From contig BTVJ01000051.1 of NCBI GenBank assembly GCA_045863395.1, positions 1-50,380 on the forward strand: a stretch of 50,380 nt of DNA, written 5' to 3'. Shown here in pieces: positions 47,623 to 50,380 of the stretch. Position 1 is the stretch's first letter. Every line of letters begins with the position of its first letter. Under the pieces are notes generated by a model that was not told the origin of the DNA, did no database searches, and saw nothing but the letters and a program-made list of their open reading frames with translations. The stretch is from Myxococcales bacterium (GTDB lineage: Bacteria; Myxococcota_A; UBA9042; JABWCM01; BTVJ01). Position numbers and translations under genes: made by a program.

Positions 47623-50380
47623 ATGCACCCACTCGAGACGTACCTTCGAGACCTGCGCGAGGCGCGCTTCGGCGGTGTCGCCGAGACCACGCACTATCCG
47701 GCGCTCCGCGCGCTGCTCAACGCCGCGGGTGAGTCTCTGCGCCCGCGCGTGCGGTGCATGGTCCATCCCAGGAGCCAAGGCGCCGGCATCCCAGACGCGG
47801 GGCTGTTCACCGCGGACCAGATCGGTGAGAGCGACGAGGACGCCGGGGCGAGCCTGCTCGCCGGGGGGGTGCTGCCTGCACGTGGTGTGGTCGAGGCCAA
47901 GCCAACGAGCCACGGTGTCCTGCAGACAGCCGCCAGCGCGCAGGTGGCGAGCTACCTCGAACGGTACGGCAGCGTCCTCGTGACGAACTACTGGAGCTTC
48001 CTCCCGCTGCAGCACGAGGGGGGACGCCCGGCGACGCGCCTCGAGTCGTATCAGCTCGCGAGGAGCGAGGCGGAGTTCTGGCAGGCGGTCGCGCACCCGC
48101 GGGCGCTCGTCGCAGAGCACGGCGACAGCCTCCTCGACTATCTCCGGCGCGTCCTCCTGCTCCGTGCCGCGCTGAGGGACCCGGCCGACGTCGCGTGGGT
48201 GCTGGCCTCCTACGCGCGCCGCGCCCGTCGCTCCCTCGAGAAGCTCGACCTCGAGATCCTCGACGCGCTCCGGGCGGCCATGGAGCGGACGCTCGGTGTC
48301 ACCTTCGACGAGCGCCGGGGGCAGCACTTCTTCCGGTCGACGGTCATTCAGACGCTGTTCTATGGCCTGTTCTCCGCCTGGGTGCTCTGGGCGCGGACCC
48401 ACGGCCCCGAGGAGCGCTTCGACTGGCGGCTCGCGGTCCACGAGCTCCGCGTCCCCGTCGTGAGGGCGCTCTTCGAGCAGGTCTCCGCGCCGAGCAAGGT
48501 CAAGCCCCTCCAGCTCGCCGCCATCCTCGAGTGGACCGGCGAGGCCCTCAACCGCGTGAACCGGGGCGCGTTCTTCGAGAGCTTCGACGAGGGGCACGCG
48601 ATCCAGTACTTCTATGAGCCCTTTCTGGAGCAGTTCGATCCCGTGCTCCGCAAGGACCTGGGGGTCTGGTACACGCCGCCCGAGATCGTCCGCACCATGG
48701 TCGAGCGGGTCGACCGCGTGCTCCGGGACGAGCTCGGCCGCGCCGACGGCCTCGCGGACCCGGACGTGTACGTCCTCGACCCGTGCTGCGGAACGGGCGC
48801 GTACGTGCTGGAGGTCGTGCGGCGCATCCAGGCGACCCTCGAAGACGCGGGCGCGGGGGCTCTGCTCGGGGCGAAGCTCCGGAGGGCGGTCACCTCGCGC
48901 ATCTTCGGGTTCGAGATCCTGCCGGCTCCCTTCGTCATCGCGCACATGCAGGTGGGCATCCTGCTCCAGGGCCTGGGGACCGCGCTCGACCACGAGAAGG
49001 ACGAGCGGGCCGCGATCTACCTGACGAACGCGCTCACCGGGTGGGATCCGCCGGCGCCGGCGAGCGGCCAGGCGGCGACGCAGATCCCCTTCGCGTTCCC
49101 CGATCTGGAGGCCGAGCAGAGGGCAGCGGCGTCCGTCAAGCGGAGCCGTCCCATCCTGGTCGTGCTCGGCAACCCGCCCTACAACGCCTTTGCCGGCGTG
49201 TCTTCCGAGAGCGAGCAGGACGTCGGGCTCTACAAGGAGGGCCTGCAGGAGACCTGGGGGATCAAGAAGTTCAACCTGGACGACCTCTACGTGCGCTTCT
49301 TCCGCCTGGCCGAGCGCCGCGTCGCCGAGATGACCGGGTGCGGGGTCGTGTGCTTCATCTCCAACCACTCCTACCTCTCCGACCCCTCGTTCGTGGTGCT
49401 CCGCGAGCGCCTGGTGCGCCAGTTCGACCGGATCTGGATCGACGGCCTCAACGGCGACAGCCGCGAGACGGGCAAGCGCACGCCGGACGGGGCCCCGGAC
49501 CCGTCGGTGTTCTCGACCCCGACCAACCGCGAGGGCATCCGCCTCGGCACGGCGATCGGGCTCTTCGTCCGCCGGTCCACGCCGGACGGGCAGCGCCACG
49601 TCCGGGCGCGGGAGTTCTGGGGAGCGGCCAAGCGAGAGGAGCTCCTCGCCAGCCTGGACTCCGGCGGGCCCCCCTACGTGGACGTGTCGCCCGCCCCGGC
49701 GAACCGCTGGTCGCTCCGGCGCGTCGAGGCCCGAGCGGGCTACGCGGCGTGGCCGACCGTCGTCTCCTTCGCCGGGACGGAGCCGGTGAGCGGTCTGCAG
49801 GAGATGCGGCGCGGCGCGCTCATGGACATGGACCGCGAGGCGCTCGCGAAGCGGATGCGGGCGTACTTCGGGTCCGCCGCGGAGTGGGAGGCGCTCAAGG
49901 CGGGTGGGGTCGGGCTGGCGGTCAAGGCGGGAAGGTACGACCCCGATGCGAGCCGGATTCGAGTCATGTCCGCAGACCGCTTCCAGGAGGCAAACATCCG
50001 GCGCTACGCGCTCTACCCCCTGGACGTCCGCTGGTGCTACCACTCATCGGTTCGGCCGCTCTGGAACGAGCCCCGCCCGACCCTCGCAGCCCAGGCCTGG
50101 CCCGGCAACCGCTTCTTCGTCGCGCGGATGGTCGCCGAGCGCGCCCGCGAGGGGGCTCCGCTCCTGGTCACCCCGCACCTCCCCGACTACCACCTCCTGC
50201 GCCCGAACGTCGTCGCGATGCCGTTCCGCCTCCGCGAGGTGGTGCCGGACGCGCCGCTCCTCCAACGGACGCTGGGCCTGCCCGCCGCCCCGAAGGAGAC
50301 CGCGAACCTGTCGGCGGCCGCCCGACGCTTCCTCGCGTCGCTGGGTGCGCCGGATCCGGACACCGACCTGGAGTCCTCCG
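47623..50380 (+). CDS. MmeI-family Type IIL (IIG) restriction-modification enzyme, N6-adenine gamma-class MTase with N-terminal PD-(D/E)XK nuclease; 3' end outside window
   Basis: The N-terminus carries a D…ExK motif (AGIPDAGLF … GVVEAKP) and a following …RYGSVLVTNYWSF segment that parallels MmeI. MTase motif I is LDPCCGTGAYVLE (~48775). Motif IV is LGNPPYNAFAG (~49170). The frame stays open to the window end. It is not in the ORF track because no stop is reached. The opposite-strand 887-aa ORF 47380..50043 is a low-complexity shadow ORF. Confidence 0.75.
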   Translation, partial: MHPLETYLRDLREARFGGVAETTHYPALRALLNAAGESLRPRVRCMVHPRSQGAGIPDAGLFTADQIGESDEDAGASLLAGGVLPARGVVEAKPTSHGVLQTAASAQVASYLERYGSVLVTNYWSFLPLQHEGGRPATRLESYQLARSEAEFWQAVAHPRALVAEHGDSLLDYLRRVLLLRAALRDPADVAWVLASYARRARRSLEKLDLEILDALRAAMERTLGVTFDERRGQHFFRSTVIQTLFYGLFSAWVLWARTHGPEERFDWRLAVHELRVPVVRALFEQVSAPSKVKPLQLAAILEWTGEALNRVNRGAFFESFDEGHAIQYFYEPFLEQFDPVLRKDLGVWYTPPEIVRTMVERVDRVLRDELGRADGLADPDVYVLDPCCGTGAYVLEVVRRIQATLEDAGAGALLGAKLRRAVTSRIFGFEILPAPFVIAHMQVGILLQGLGTALDHEKDERAAIYLTNALTGWDPPAPASGQAATQIPFAFPDLEAEQRAAASVKRSRPILVVLGNPPYNAFAGVSSESEQDVGLYKEGLQETWGIKKFNLDDLYVRFFRLAERRVAEMTGCGVVCFISNHSYLSDPSFVVLRERLVRQFDRIWIDGLNGDSRETGKRTPDGAPDPSVFSTPTNREGIRLGTAIGLFVRRSTPDGQRHVRAREFWGAAKREELLASLDSGGPPYVDVSPAPANRWSLRRVEARAGYAAWPTVVSFAGTEPVSGLQEMRRGALMDMDREALAKRMRAYFGSAAEWEALKAGGVGLAVKAGRYDPDASRIRVMSADRFQEANIRRYALYPLDVRWCYHSSVRPLWNEPRPTLAAQAWPGNRFFVARMVAERAREGAPLLVTPHLPDYHLLRPNVVAMPFRLREVVPDAPLLQRTLGLPAAPKETANLSAAARRFLASLGAPDPDTDLESS

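Noticed and set aside
47380-50043. 887-aa minus-strand ORF covering the 3' end of the window
   Set aside because: Its translation is low-complexity and R/G/E/P-rich. The plus strand encodes an MmeI-like enzyme with PD-ExK, motif I and NPPY in the correct order, so the minus ORF is a shadow.

Overview
This is a very high-GC (~70%) segment with a myxobacterial character, probably Polyangia/Sorangium-like. Long antisense shadow ORFs, lipobox signal peptides and giant secreted Cys-rich repeat proteins all fit that. I can support about 30 genes. The main blocks are: (i) a paired SPFH/Band-7 operon plus a lipase lipoprotein; (ii) a Cys-rich-repeat lipoprotein ending in a C-type lectin domain; (iii) a GAF hybrid histidine kinase directly downstream of a translationally coupled NfeD-like, flotillin-like and giant (1801 aa) MoxR-class AAA+ ATPase operon; (iv) an ECF sigma / anti-sigma pair whose anti-sigma and neighbouring secreted protein both end in a CBM48/AMPK-beta-type glycan-binding domain; (v) giant secreted proteins (1742-aa TSP3/MopE/FG-GAP/PPC lipoprotein, 1395-aa Cys-repeat lipoprotein, 901-aa beta-propeller lipoprotein, a ~1000-aa tail-fibre-like repeat protein) interspersed with a membrane-anchored triple-DsbA oxidoreductase; (vi) a small defense-like islet at the 3' end made of an RluE-like pseudouridine synthase, an overlapping HD / sigma-4-HTH / nucleotidyltransferase cassette, a Uma2-family PD-(D/E)XK endonuclease, an 11-unit 22-bp tandem iteron-like array, and a 3'-truncated MmeI-family Type IIL restriction-modification enzyme. 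No rRNA, tRNA or CRISPR was detected. The most system-like candidates are the NfeD-flotillin-giant-ATPase operon and the HD-HTH-NTase cassette embedded in the defense islet. All start codons were picked by eye from RBS and signal-peptide logic and are approximate.
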